From contig NC_000909.1 in the NCBI RefSeq assembly GCF_000091665.1, forward strand, positions 1,247,459 to 1,279,458: DNA of 32,000 nt, written 5' to 3'. A program made the translations under genes and the position numbers. The notes under the pieces were generated by a model. The model made no database searches. It worked only from the letters and a program-made list of their open reading frames with translations, and was not told where the DNA came from. Each line of letters begins with the position of its first letter. The stretch's first letter is position 1. Source of the stretch: Methanocaldococcus jannaschii DSM 2661 (lineage in GTDB: Archaea; AGJL01; Methanococci; Methanococcales; Methanocaldococcaceae). Shown here in pieces: positions 19,588-28,505 of the stretch.

Positions 19588-20256
19588 GTTAAAATCAGAC
19601 CTCTTGGAGGATGGAAACTTATATTCACTTGTATAATTGTTTTCTATTGCATTCAAAGTTAAAATCAGACCTCTTGGAGGATGGAAACCGCATTCTTTTT
19701 GTATTTTTAACTCTTCTAAAATAGTTAAAATCAGACCTCTTGGAGGATGGAAACAAAGCTGAAATTACTGAGGAAGATACTGAGAAAGTTATAATTAAAA
19801 TAGTTAAAATCAGACCTCTTGGAGGATGGAAACGAAAAAGAGGGTAAATTAACAATCTATAATATTGAGGTTAAAATCAGACCTCTTGGAGGATGGAAAC
19901 GCATTCCATTACCTATATATATACCGTTTATATAGCCGTTTCCATTGTTAAAATCAGACCTCTTGGAGGATGGAAACTTTAATTCTTCAATGCTATTAAC
20001 AGTTTCATCCCTAGTTAAAATCAGACCTCTTGGAGGATGGAAACTGAGTATGGCCTATTGGGATGACAACATACTTAATTAGCCCATTTGTTAAAATCAG
20101 ACCTCTTGGAGGATGGAAATTAAACTCTTTTTTCTTATCTTCTGACAATTGTAAATGTTAAAATCAGACCTCTTGGAGGATGGAAATTATGTGGTTTTAG
20201 AGGATGGGAAGATTGTAGAAAAGGAGTTAAAATCAGACCTCTTGGAGGATGAAAAC
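19588..20256 (+). CRISPR. CRISPR array, 10 repeats (31 bp) and 9 spacers
   Basis: Consensus GTTAAAATCAGACCTCTTGGAGGATGGAAAC. Repeat starts 19588, 19658, 19724, 19803, 19870, 19947, 20014, 20090, 20157, 20226. Spacer lengths 39, 35, 48, 36, 46, 36, 45, 36, 38. Last three repeats vary (final C to T twice; ATGGAAAC to ATGAAAAC in the last). Confidence 0.98.
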
Positions 20257-20335
20257 TTTAGCATTCATTAAAATAAGACGTATTAGAGAATAAAAAAGCT
20301 TATAACTGGAATTTTTTATAAACAAAATAAAAATA

Positions 20336-20731
20336 TTATACCATTCCAAAAATCTCAAAATATTTTTTCTGTCTAACAACCATCACTGGGATGTTATTTT
20401 CCATTAATTTTTCCTTAAGTTCTTTATCGTTTGTTGCTACTATAACGTTTTCATTTTCCTTTGCATAATTTAAAATTGCTTCATCTGCATAATTGGCAGT
20501 GTAATCAACTAACTTATAGTTTTTTATCTTTGCAAGAGCTAAATTAACAGCCAATTTTTCTTTACCTTTTAAATCTCTACTTTTTAATAACCTTTCCAAC
20601 TCCTCTTTTATTGGAGATAAAATAACAATTTCAAATTTTGTATTTAAAGCCCTCTCTATCTCATAATCAAAGTTTATCTTATGCTTAAAAACGTAAATTA
20701 AAAAGTTGGTATCTGGAACTATTTTATACAT
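20336..20731 (-). CDS. PIN-domain nuclease (Fcf1/VapC-like)
   Basis: VPDTNFLIYVF N-terminal Asp motif, internal acidic YADEAILNYA, VIVATNDKELKEKL. Confidence 0.82.
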   Translation of the reverse strand: MYKIVPDTNFLIYVFKHKINFDYEIERALNTKFEIVILSPIKEELERLLKSRDLKGKEKLAVNLALAKIKNYKLVDYTANYADEAILNYAKENENVIVATNDKELKEKLMENNIPVMVVRQKKYFEIFGMV

Positions 20732-20751
20732 ATCTTAGATTCACCTCTTTT

Positions 20752-22893
20752 TTATATGAAATATAAGAATCCATGCTTTAGCAGTTCTTCATCTATTTTC
20801 CAATTTTTACCAAGTGCTTTAACAAATTTATCTGCATAATGTATTGGTGCTGGAATTCTAAGATATCTACCTTCTCCATATAGTGCAGAATAGTTCATTT
20901 TAGTTAAATCATATAACAATTGCATAATTGATTCATTAATTTTTAACCCTTCTTCATTTCCACAATTAAACCTTAACCAAGTTGATAATTTTACAGGATT
21001 TGAACCAAATGGAGTTTTGTGAGGTAAGAAGATACCATCATTTCCAAATACACTTCCAATTCTATAATCAGACGTAAAAACTTTATATTTATTGTTTTTT
21101 CTAATGCTAATTACTTCAATATTTGAATTTAGTTCTTTAGAGATTTCTTTTAGGTCATTTCTTTCAGAATTCTGAATAAAACCATCTCTTAAGAATAGAA
21201 TATTTTTATTTTCCATATCAATGTTTGCTTTATTTTCTAAATATTCTATTACATACGGCAGATGTAACCGTTCTCCTGGAGCTGGTGTCTCTATTGGCTG
21301 TATTCTTCTTATTTTACCTTCTGAGTCATATACCACAGTGCAACCTCCAACTCTATGATTACCAAAAATTCCCAATCCAGTGTCAAGTCCCATTATGTAA
21401 TCATAAGGTGTCTTAGAATCTAAGATAAAATATTTAATCCCCAATTTTCCCATAATTTGTATAAGTAAATTATTAGTCATATATCCTTTGTCATCTTTCC
21501 TCCAATTTTCCCATAATATATTTTGAGAGATTATTTTTAAATCAAAAAGTTGTTTTTTCAAAATTTCATAATAATCATTATCTTTGTATTTTTCTTTTCC
21601 AATAATTAACGCAAAACATATTTCATCATTAAATTCAGATTTTATTTCTTTTATAATTCCCCTAATGTCATCTGTAGAAAAATATTTCCATCTATTGGCA
21701 TAATTGAATTTTGGCAATTCTGTTTTATTAGCAATTTTGTTATAGTTTCTAAACATTTTATTTACTTTATCTTTAATAGCTTTTAATTCATCCTTGATTT
21801 CCTCATCAATAAGTATGTATGTTAATAAATTTTTGTTCCTTATAATTTCTGGGACATCATATGGGAGATATATTTTTGCATTTTGATTGTAAATCCACGT
21901 AAATAATGTATTTGTTGAATATATTTTGGTAGGATTTTTATTTACATCCTTCACGAGCAATGGAGTATTATTAAATTTCATAAATTCTAATTCTTTAGGT
22001 GTATTATCTATAAATCTAAGTTTTTTTGCTATTTCATTTATAATTTTTCCCTTATTTTCATTAGATAATCTCCAATAACTCTGCAATTCTTTAAGAATAT
22101 AGCTATCTAATTCATCCATATAAAATACAAGATTACAAAATTGTGGAGCAAATGGTTCTAAGATTTCTTCACAATACATAATGGGTTGATTATAATCAAT
22201 CTCCCCAAAAGTAGATTTTACCATATCTTCAGACCATTTGTAATATTTAATTATGTGACTCATTATTTCCTCTATTTTTTGAGGGTTTGGAGCATCAACC
22301 AGTGAAATTGTATATCTTACCTTTGGATTAGGTTTAAAGATAATCTTTTTCCCAACATACTCCTCTAATAGTGCTTTATCTCTATTAACAAAATCCCATA
22401 AGTGTTTTGTAATAGACGCTGTATGTCTAAAGTTTAATATAAGATAATAATCCCCATCATGTTTTTTAACTTCATACTCACAATATGACTCAACTTTTAT
22501 ATTTTCCACTACTTTGTGTTTTCTAATGTTTTTTATAATTCTTGATAATTCTGGCTCTATTTTATGGACAGATTTAAGATATCCCCTAACAAGTTTTTCA
22601 GCTATTTCTGGTTTTACATATTCTAATTTTAATGATTTAATATATTCAATGTCTATTGGGATTTCGTTATTTCCATCTTTGTATTTCAATACTTTATTAT
22701 CAACTTTGTATGGTAAAACAAAACTTTTATCTTTTTTATTAATTATCATGCCACCATAAAAATTAACAAATCTATAAAAATTAAATGCTTCATTAACAAA
22801 ACTTTTAATTCTATAGAAATGCACTTCTTTAGGAATAAATTCTTCTTTTATTTTGTATGCATTTATTTTATATGTAACTTTATTTAAAACCAT
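20752..22893 (-). CDS. ago: Prokaryotic Argonaute, MjAgo-like (PAZ-MID-PIWI)
   Basis: 713 aa. PIWI motifs with an apparently complete DEDX tetrad: MGLDTGLG (D), PAPGERLH (E), FLRDGFIQ (D), IHYADKFVKA (D). Matches my recall of MJ1321. Confidence 0.93.
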   Translation of the reverse strand: MVLNKVTYKINAYKIKEEFIPKEVHFYRIKSFVNEAFNFYRFVNFYGGMIINKKDKSFVLPYKVDNKVLKYKDGNNEIPIDIEYIKSLKLEYVKPEIAEKLVRGYLKSVHKIEPELSRIIKNIRKHKVVENIKVESYCEYEVKKHDGDYYLILNFRHTASITKHLWDFVNRDKALLEEYVGKKIIFKPNPKVRYTISLVDAPNPQKIEEIMSHIIKYYKWSEDMVKSTFGEIDYNQPIMYCEEILEPFAPQFCNLVFYMDELDSYILKELQSYWRLSNENKGKIINEIAKKLRFIDNTPKELEFMKFNNTPLLVKDVNKNPTKIYSTNTLFTWIYNQNAKIYLPYDVPEIIRNKNLLTYILIDEEIKDELKAIKDKVNKMFRNYNKIANKTELPKFNYANRWKYFSTDDIRGIIKEIKSEFNDEICFALIIGKEKYKDNDYYEILKKQLFDLKIISQNILWENWRKDDKGYMTNNLLIQIMGKLGIKYFILDSKTPYDYIMGLDTGLGIFGNHRVGGCTVVYDSEGKIRRIQPIETPAPGERLHLPYVIEYLENKANIDMENKNILFLRDGFIQNSERNDLKEISKELNSNIEVISIRKNNKYKVFTSDYRIGSVFGNDGIFLPHKTPFGSNPVKLSTWLRFNCGNEEGLKINESIMQLLYDLTKMNYSALYGEGRYLRIPAPIHYADKFVKALGKNWKIDEELLKHGFLYFI

Positions 22894-22911
22894 ATTATAT
22901 CCTCCTCATAA

Positions 22912-25900
22912 CTATCCATTAATCTTAACTTTTGAAACATTCCCATCTTTTTTAACATTGATTATCACATCTGCTACATCTTCAAGCTCTCTGTGGTGGG
23001 TTATAATTATCATCTGTGGAATGCTCTTAACCTTCCTAAAGATTTCAGCTAACTTTGCCCTTCTATTTTCATCTAAATATACAGTTGGTTCATCCAATAT
23101 AATGCACTCAACCCTATTTCCAATTAAAGCGTTAGCTATGGCTAATCTTAAAGAGAGAGCTACCGCTATCTGCTCTCCACCGCTTAAATTGTCAATGGTT
23201 AAAACTCCATTTGGAGCATGAACTCTTACTTCAAAATCTTTAGTGAGTTCTACAAAGCTATAAGGCAAGTCAAACTCACTAAATGCTTCATTTAAATATT
23301 TTTGGATTAATGGAACATATTTTTCTCTTAAATATGCTTGAAATCCATTTCTACCAAATATTCTCCTAACCTTGTCTAAATATTCAACAAACTTCGTTAA
23401 TTTCTCTTTTTCTTTCTCTAAATTAGACATTTCTTTTAATCTTGCTTTTAAACTTTCAACATCTTTTTTTAAATATTCAATTCCTGTCTCAATTTCTGTT
23501 TTTTGTTCTCTTACGTTATCAAGTTCTTGTCTCTTATTTTCATAGAGCTCTTTTATTTTTTTATGTTCTTCTTCATTGTAGTTTATTTCATCAAGTTTTT
23601 GGTTAATGTAGGATATTCTTTCTTCTATATCATTAATTTCCTTATTAACCTCTAAAATTTTGTTGTTTAGGTAAATTTCAATATCTTCTTTATTATACTT
23701 CCTCTTAATGTTATCTATTGCTAAAATCTTAGAGTTGCATATATTATAAATCTCTTCAAGCCCATCTTTAATATTTTTAAGCTCTTCTAATTTTTCAGTT
23801 AGACCTAAATATTCCTTATATTTATCAAACTTTAATGACCTCCTATTCTCAATTTCTATAAGTTCTTTTTCCTTATTTTTAAGTTCATTTAATTTGTCTT
23901 TTAATCTGTTTATTTCTCTTTCATCCTCTCTTAATTTGTTCAACTCTTCTCTACATTTTTCTTTATTCCATCCACTTACGATATTTTCAATTTCCTTAAT
24001 TCTATTTCTAATACCTTCCTCATCTACACTATTTAAATAGCTAACAGCTGATAAGTATTGGTTATAAAAGTTTTTAAATTTGTTCAGCTGGCTTTTAATG
24101 TCTTCTAATATCTCATCCACTGGCTTTCCGTTAATTACATAGTTGGATATTTTTTTATTGATTTCATCTAACTGCTCTTTATAATTCTTTAATTTTAATT
24201 CTAATTCTTCAATCTGACTTTGTTTTTCAAGATATAAGGTCTTTAGTGTCTTAAGATTTTCTTCTTTATCAATTTCTTTCTTTAATTTCTCTATATCTTT
24301 TTCAATCTCTCTAATTTTTTTATTTATTTCCTCCAATTCAGTATATTTATTGTTTAGCTGGGTTTTATGTTGATTTATTAATTCCATCTTTTTATTTTCA
24401 TCTATTGGTGTTTTACATAGTGGGCATTTTCCTTCAACTTCTTTAAGTTCATCTAAAATTTTTTTCAGCCTTTTAATTTCACTGTTAATTTCCCCAAGTT
24501 TTTTGTTTAGTTCTATCTTTTCTTTTTGTAGATTTTCAAGAACTTTCTTTTTTTCCTCTATCTCTTTTAATGAATTTTCAATACTTTCAATGTCAATATT
24601 TTTTGTTTCTTCTAAAAGTTTATTAATTCTTGTTTCTAAATCGTTAATATTTTTTTCAATGGATTTTTTCTCCTGAAGCAATGTTATATACTCTAAAGTT
24701 AGTTTATTGTATTCTACAGCCTTTTCTTCTAATTCTAAATACTTCTCATAGTATTCTTTGCACTCTTCACATATTCTTTTATATTTTTCAATTTTTTCAA
24801 TCTCTTCATTTAGATTTTTAAGTTCTTCAAGCAAATCTTTAATAGTTTCCACTCTTTCAATTTCATCTTTTATTTTATTTAATAGAGTATCTAAATTATC
24901 AATATCATCTCTATACTTACTTTTGTTGATGAATTCTTTCAATTTTTCAATGTCTCCTTTTATTATCTCCAACTGCTTTGTTAATTTTAAATAATCTTCA
25001 TAATGACTCTTTAATTCTCTTAATCTGCTCTCAATTTTCCTAATCTCATCAACTAATGATTTATATTTTTCATATTCATCTTTATGTCTATTTAGAGTTT
25101 CTCTTGCTTCAACAACAGTATTTAAATCATATTCTAAAATTTTAAGCTCTTGATTTTTAAGCTCTAAAGCTCTCTTCCTTTCTTCAAGTTTGTTTATGAA
25201 TTTTTCATACAACAACTTTTTATTTTCCCATTCATTAAATAATTTTTCAATATCTTCAAATTCCTTTTTTATTTTATTTAGTTTATCATTAATTTCCATT
25301 AATTTTTTATTTTTTTCTTCTAATTGGCTCATTTTATTTTTTAATTCTTTTTCATAATTTTCTTTGTAATTCAACTCTCCTTCAATTCTTTCTAATCTTT
25401 TTTCATATTCCTTAACAATCTCCCCCATTTTTTGATAGCATTTTTCAAACTCATCTATTCCCAAAAGTTTCGCAACTGTTTCCAATTTTTCGGAGGGTTT
25501 TAAACTCAAAAATTTAGCTATCTCCCCCTGTTTAATATATATGGAGTTTAAGAACATATTTCTATCAACGCCTAAGATTTCATTTACTGCTTTATTAACT
25601 GCACTAATTGTAGTAGCGTAAGGCTTTCCATTCTTATAGAGCTTAGCTCCCCCTCTTCCAGAATCATATTCTCTGATAATTTTGTAGTTGTTTCCATTGA
25701 CTTCAAAATCCAATTCAACATAAACGGATTTTTTTCCTTTGGTTATTATTGTGTCGTAATTAAAATTACTGCCTGCCCCAAACAAGGCAAAGAACACTGC
25801 TTCAAAGATAGATGATTTTCCACTTCCATTCTCTCCAATAATTGCAACAATCCCTTTTTCAAACTTAATTCTTGAATTCACATGACTTTTAAAGTTATTC

Positions 25901-25929
25901 ATCCTTATTTCTTTTAGTATCATACTCAT
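22912..25929 (-). CDS. rad50: Rad50 SMC-like ATPase
   Basis: IIGENGSGKSSIFEAVFFALFG Walker A, CPLCKTPI zinc hook between coiled coils, LSGGEQIAVALSLRLAIA signature, IILDEPTVYLD Walker B. Confidence 0.96.
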   Translation of the reverse strand: MSMILKEIRMNNFKSHVNSRIKFEKGIVAIIGENGSGKSSIFEAVFFALFGAGSNFNYDTIITKGKKSVYVELDFEVNGNNYKIIREYDSGRGGAKLYKNGKPYATTISAVNKAVNEILGVDRNMFLNSIYIKQGEIAKFLSLKPSEKLETVAKLLGIDEFEKCYQKMGEIVKEYEKRLERIEGELNYKENYEKELKNKMSQLEEKNKKLMEINDKLNKIKKEFEDIEKLFNEWENKKLLYEKFINKLEERKRALELKNQELKILEYDLNTVVEARETLNRHKDEYEKYKSLVDEIRKIESRLRELKSHYEDYLKLTKQLEIIKGDIEKLKEFINKSKYRDDIDNLDTLLNKIKDEIERVETIKDLLEELKNLNEEIEKIEKYKRICEECKEYYEKYLELEEKAVEYNKLTLEYITLLQEKKSIEKNINDLETRINKLLEETKNIDIESIENSLKEIEEKKKVLENLQKEKIELNKKLGEINSEIKRLKKILDELKEVEGKCPLCKTPIDENKKMELINQHKTQLNNKYTELEEINKKIREIEKDIEKLKKEIDKEENLKTLKTLYLEKQSQIEELELKLKNYKEQLDEINKKISNYVINGKPVDEILEDIKSQLNKFKNFYNQYLSAVSYLNSVDEEGIRNRIKEIENIVSGWNKEKCREELNKLREDEREINRLKDKLNELKNKEKELIEIENRRSLKFDKYKEYLGLTEKLEELKNIKDGLEEIYNICNSKILAIDNIKRKYNKEDIEIYLNNKILEVNKEINDIEERISYINQKLDEINYNEEEHKKIKELYENKRQELDNVREQKTEIETGIEYLKKDVESLKARLKEMSNLEKEKEKLTKFVEYLDKVRRIFGRNGFQAYLREKYVPLIQKYLNEAFSEFDLPYSFVELTKDFEVRVHAPNGVLTIDNLSGGEQIAVALSLRLAIANALIGNRVECIILDEPTVYLDENRRAKLAEIFRKVKSIPQMIIITHHRELEDVADVIINVKKDGNVSKVKING

Positions 25930-27026
25930 CCCCTAAATTTAGTGTTGTAATATTCATCCAATAACTCTTTCCAATTTTCATTATTTAATAGAGCTTTATA
26001 TAAACTTAAAACTAAATCCCCATCAATTCCCTGCCTATTTGCATAATCCACTAAAAGCTCTTTAATGTTTAGTGACTCAATATCAACATTATCTGGCATG
26101 TCTATAAATTCGTCATCTACTATAATAGCTTTATTAATTAGAATTTTATCCTTTAAAGTGTCAAACCATGGTTTAAATTCTCTCTTAATTTTTCCAAAAA
26201 CAACTGGCTTATTTTTACATCTTTCAATTTTATTCACTGCCTCATTAAAAGATTTCTTATCTTTAATATTTACCTCTACAAATTCTCTGCATTCAATATC
26301 AATTTTTTCTATATCAGAGATATCCAAATCATTTCCACTAAAATCAACTAAGTAAAATCCTTTTCCTTCTTTTTTATAGTCCTCATATTCATTTCTATAA
26401 ATAATTTCTGTTGAACCACTGTAAGCTAAAATTCCATCATTAAACCTCTCTAAAATCCTCTTGTGAATATGTCCCAACGCATAGTAGGAAAATTTTGGTA
26501 AATCAAAATGTTCAAGTTCATAGTCAAGTGGAATATATGGATTTATTCCCTGATGAAGCATCAATATCTTTTTTTTATAGTTTTTAGCTTCTGATTCAAA
26601 ATTTTTTAATTTATCTAACATCTCCTCTCTTTTGCTCTTTTTGTGATAATAAGTCCCACAGATAAATATCTCTTCCCCATTTACATTTATAACATCTTTT
26701 CCATCTAAAATTTTAACGTAATCTTTTAGTAAGGCTAATGGAGATTCCTCCCCTAACCTTCTTGGCATTTCATGGTTTCCTGCAACAATATAAACCTTTA
26801 TATTATTTTCATGTAATTTTTTAAACGCCTGCATAGCTATTCTTAAAGCTTTTACTGGAGGTCTCAAATCGTTAAATAAATCACCACTATGTAAAACAAC
26901 ATCTGGCTTTATCTCTAAAATCTTTTTTATACATAATTTAAATGAGTCGTAAATATCTTTTTCCCTATCATCCAAGTTATACTGTCTATAACCTAAGTGA
27001 TTATCAGCTATATGAACGAACATCAT
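25926..27026 (-). CDS. mre11: Mre11 nuclease
   Basis: HIADNHLGYRQYNLDDRE, LHSGDLFND, VAGNHEMPR, YYALGHIHKR phosphoesterase motifs; 4-nt overlap with rad50. Confidence 0.95.
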   Translation of the reverse strand: MMFVHIADNHLGYRQYNLDDREKDIYDSFKLCIKKILEIKPDVVLHSGDLFNDLRPPVKALRIAMQAFKKLHENNIKVYIVAGNHEMPRRLGEESPLALLKDYVKILDGKDVINVNGEEIFICGTYYHKKSKREEMLDKLKNFESEAKNYKKKILMLHQGINPYIPLDYELEHFDLPKFSYYALGHIHKRILERFNDGILAYSGSTEIIYRNEYEDYKKEGKGFYLVDFSGNDLDISDIEKIDIECREFVEVNIKDKKSFNEAVNKIERCKNKPVVFGKIKREFKPWFDTLKDKILINKAIIVDDEFIDMPDNVDIESLNIKELLVDYANRQGIDGDLVLSLYKALLNNENWKELLDEYYNTKFRG

Positions 27027-27120
27027 ATACTATCCCTCAAATTTTTATTTTGTGATAGAATAATTAATGCATAAAATTTAAATATGTTAAACCTACAGTT
27101 TTTATATTTATGGTGATAAC

Positions 27121-27825
27121 ATGAGAGTCATAGGCGTTATTGGTTATAAAGATTCTGGTAAAACAACCCTAATTGAAGAAATTCTAAAACATTCTGATAA
27201 AAAAATAGCAGTTATCAAGCACACTAAAGAAGATGTAGAAGTAGATAAAAAAGGAACTGATACTTACAGATTGTCAAACGCGGGAGCTAAAATAACAGTT
27301 TTAGCAACTGACAGTAAAACAGTTTTCTTTACAGATAGGATGGATTTAGAAAACATTTTATCAGTATTATCAGATTACAATATAGATTTTGTTATTATAG
27401 AAGGTTTTAAAGAGGCTTTAAAAAGGTTAAACATCCCTAAGATAGTTATGCTTAAGGATAAAGATGGGAGTGATTTGATTGATGACCATACAGCAATGAT
27501 AATTGAAGATTACAACTACAACATTGACGATGTTTTAAAAGTTATTTATGAAAAAGCCGTAGTTCCTACAATGAACTTAAACTGTGGACATTGTGGGTAT
27601 AACTGCAGAACATTTGTTAAGGCAGTTGTTAAAGGAGAAGCAAGATGGGATGATTGTGTATTAGCGAAAGGTATAAAAATAATTGTTGATGGTAAAATAA
27701 TTCCTGCTGTTCCTTTTGTCTCTAAGATTGTTGGTAGCACAATTAAAGCAATGATTGAAACCTTGAAAGGTGTTGATAATCCAAAGACTATCAAGGTTGA
27801 GATTGACGTATCCAAGCTGAAATAA
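27121..27825 (+). CDS. mobB: Molybdopterin-guanine dinucleotide biosynthesis protein B (MobB) with Cys-rich C-terminal domain
   Basis: GVIGYKDSGKTTLIEEIL P-loop, IEGFKEA; C-terminal CGHCGYNCRTFVKAVVKGEARWDDC. Confidence 0.87.
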   Translation: MRVIGVIGYKDSGKTTLIEEILKHSDKKIAVIKHTKEDVEVDKKGTDTYRLSNAGAKITVLATDSKTVFFTDRMDLENILSVLSDYNIDFVIIEGFKEALKRLNIPKIVMLKDKDGSDLIDDHTAMIIEDYNYNIDDVLKVIYEKAVVPTMNLNCGHCGYNCRTFVKAVVKGEARWDDCVLAKGIKIIVDGKIIPAVPFVSKIVGSTIKAMIETLKGVDNPKTIKVEIDVSKLK

Positions 27826-27964
27826 ACAAAACCAAAATATTTAAATACTAGTAATGTATTATAGTAAAGTTGATTGCAATTTAAACATCAATATGGAAAA
27901 ATATATGTCTAAATATATACTTAAACATTTTAATAGAAATAAAAAATAATCACGAGGGATAACA

Positions 27965-28234
27965 ATGGAGAAGTACGAAAAAGCGGCAGAAATTTTCAAG
28001 GCATTTGGAGACCCAACAAGATTGATGATTTTAAAGTTATTGGCTGAAAATGGAAGCATGTGCGTTTGTAAAATAATAGATGAGCTAAAAAAGCCACAGC
28101 CAACAATCTCACACCACTTAAACATCTTAAAAAAGGCTGGAATAGTTAAAGCAAGAAAAGAAGGAACATGGAATTTCTACTACATCGTAGATGACAGAGT
28201 TAAAGAGATTATTAAATTAGTTGATGAATTATAA
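27965..28234 (+). CDS. ArsR-family HTH transcriptional regulator
   Basis: FKAFGDPTRLMILKLLAENGSMCVCKIIDELKKPQPTISHHLNILKKAGIV. Confidence 0.93.
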   Translation: MEKYEKAAEIFKAFGDPTRLMILKLLAENGSMCVCKIIDELKKPQPTISHHLNILKKAGIVKARKEGTWNFYYIVDDRVKEIIKLVDEL

Positions 28235-28306
28235 CCATAGGAGGAGACCTCCTATTGGGATACCTCCCGTCCATTAAGTTGGGGCTTTCAGCCCCAATTA
28301 ATGTCC
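28235..28306. other. Palindromic/multi-hairpin element D, downstream of the arsR gene
   Basis: ATAGGAGG-AGA-CCTCCTAT (28237-28255), then TGGGATACCTCCC, then TTGGGGCT-TTC-AGCCCCAA (28279-28297). The second hairpin region is the reverse-complement homologue of 1196-1227. Confidence 0.8.
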
Positions 28307-28505
28307 AAGCTCTATAAAGAACAAGAATGTGACTTCTTAGGTAGTCAGAGGAAACTATAAATTTCTCTTTTTTTAACTATTTTATTTAATGTAGCAAACG
28401 CAATTTATAATAAATGCATGCGTAAAATTATAAATGCTATTTTTGTTATCTCTTAAGAGGATTTTTATTTTTAGAAACCATAAATTTAATATTGTTGGTG
28501 ATGTT

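Noticed and set aside
19625-19855. Minus-strand 76-aa ORF with repeated [14 protein letters not shown] motifs
   Set aside because: Translation of CRISPR repeats; the repetitive peptide is an artefact of the array.
27860-27964. AT-rich imperfect palindromes upstream of the arsR gene as an operator
   Set aside because: An ArsR operator is plausible (ATATATGTCTAAATATATACTT), but in such AT-rich sequence the symmetry is too weak to support a site call.
28311-28505. Possible structured RNA upstream of the DRG GTPase gene, including TGACT...AGTCA
   Set aside because: Only a 5-bp stem, with no recognised C/D, H/ACA or tRNA signatures; not enough to call an RNA gene.
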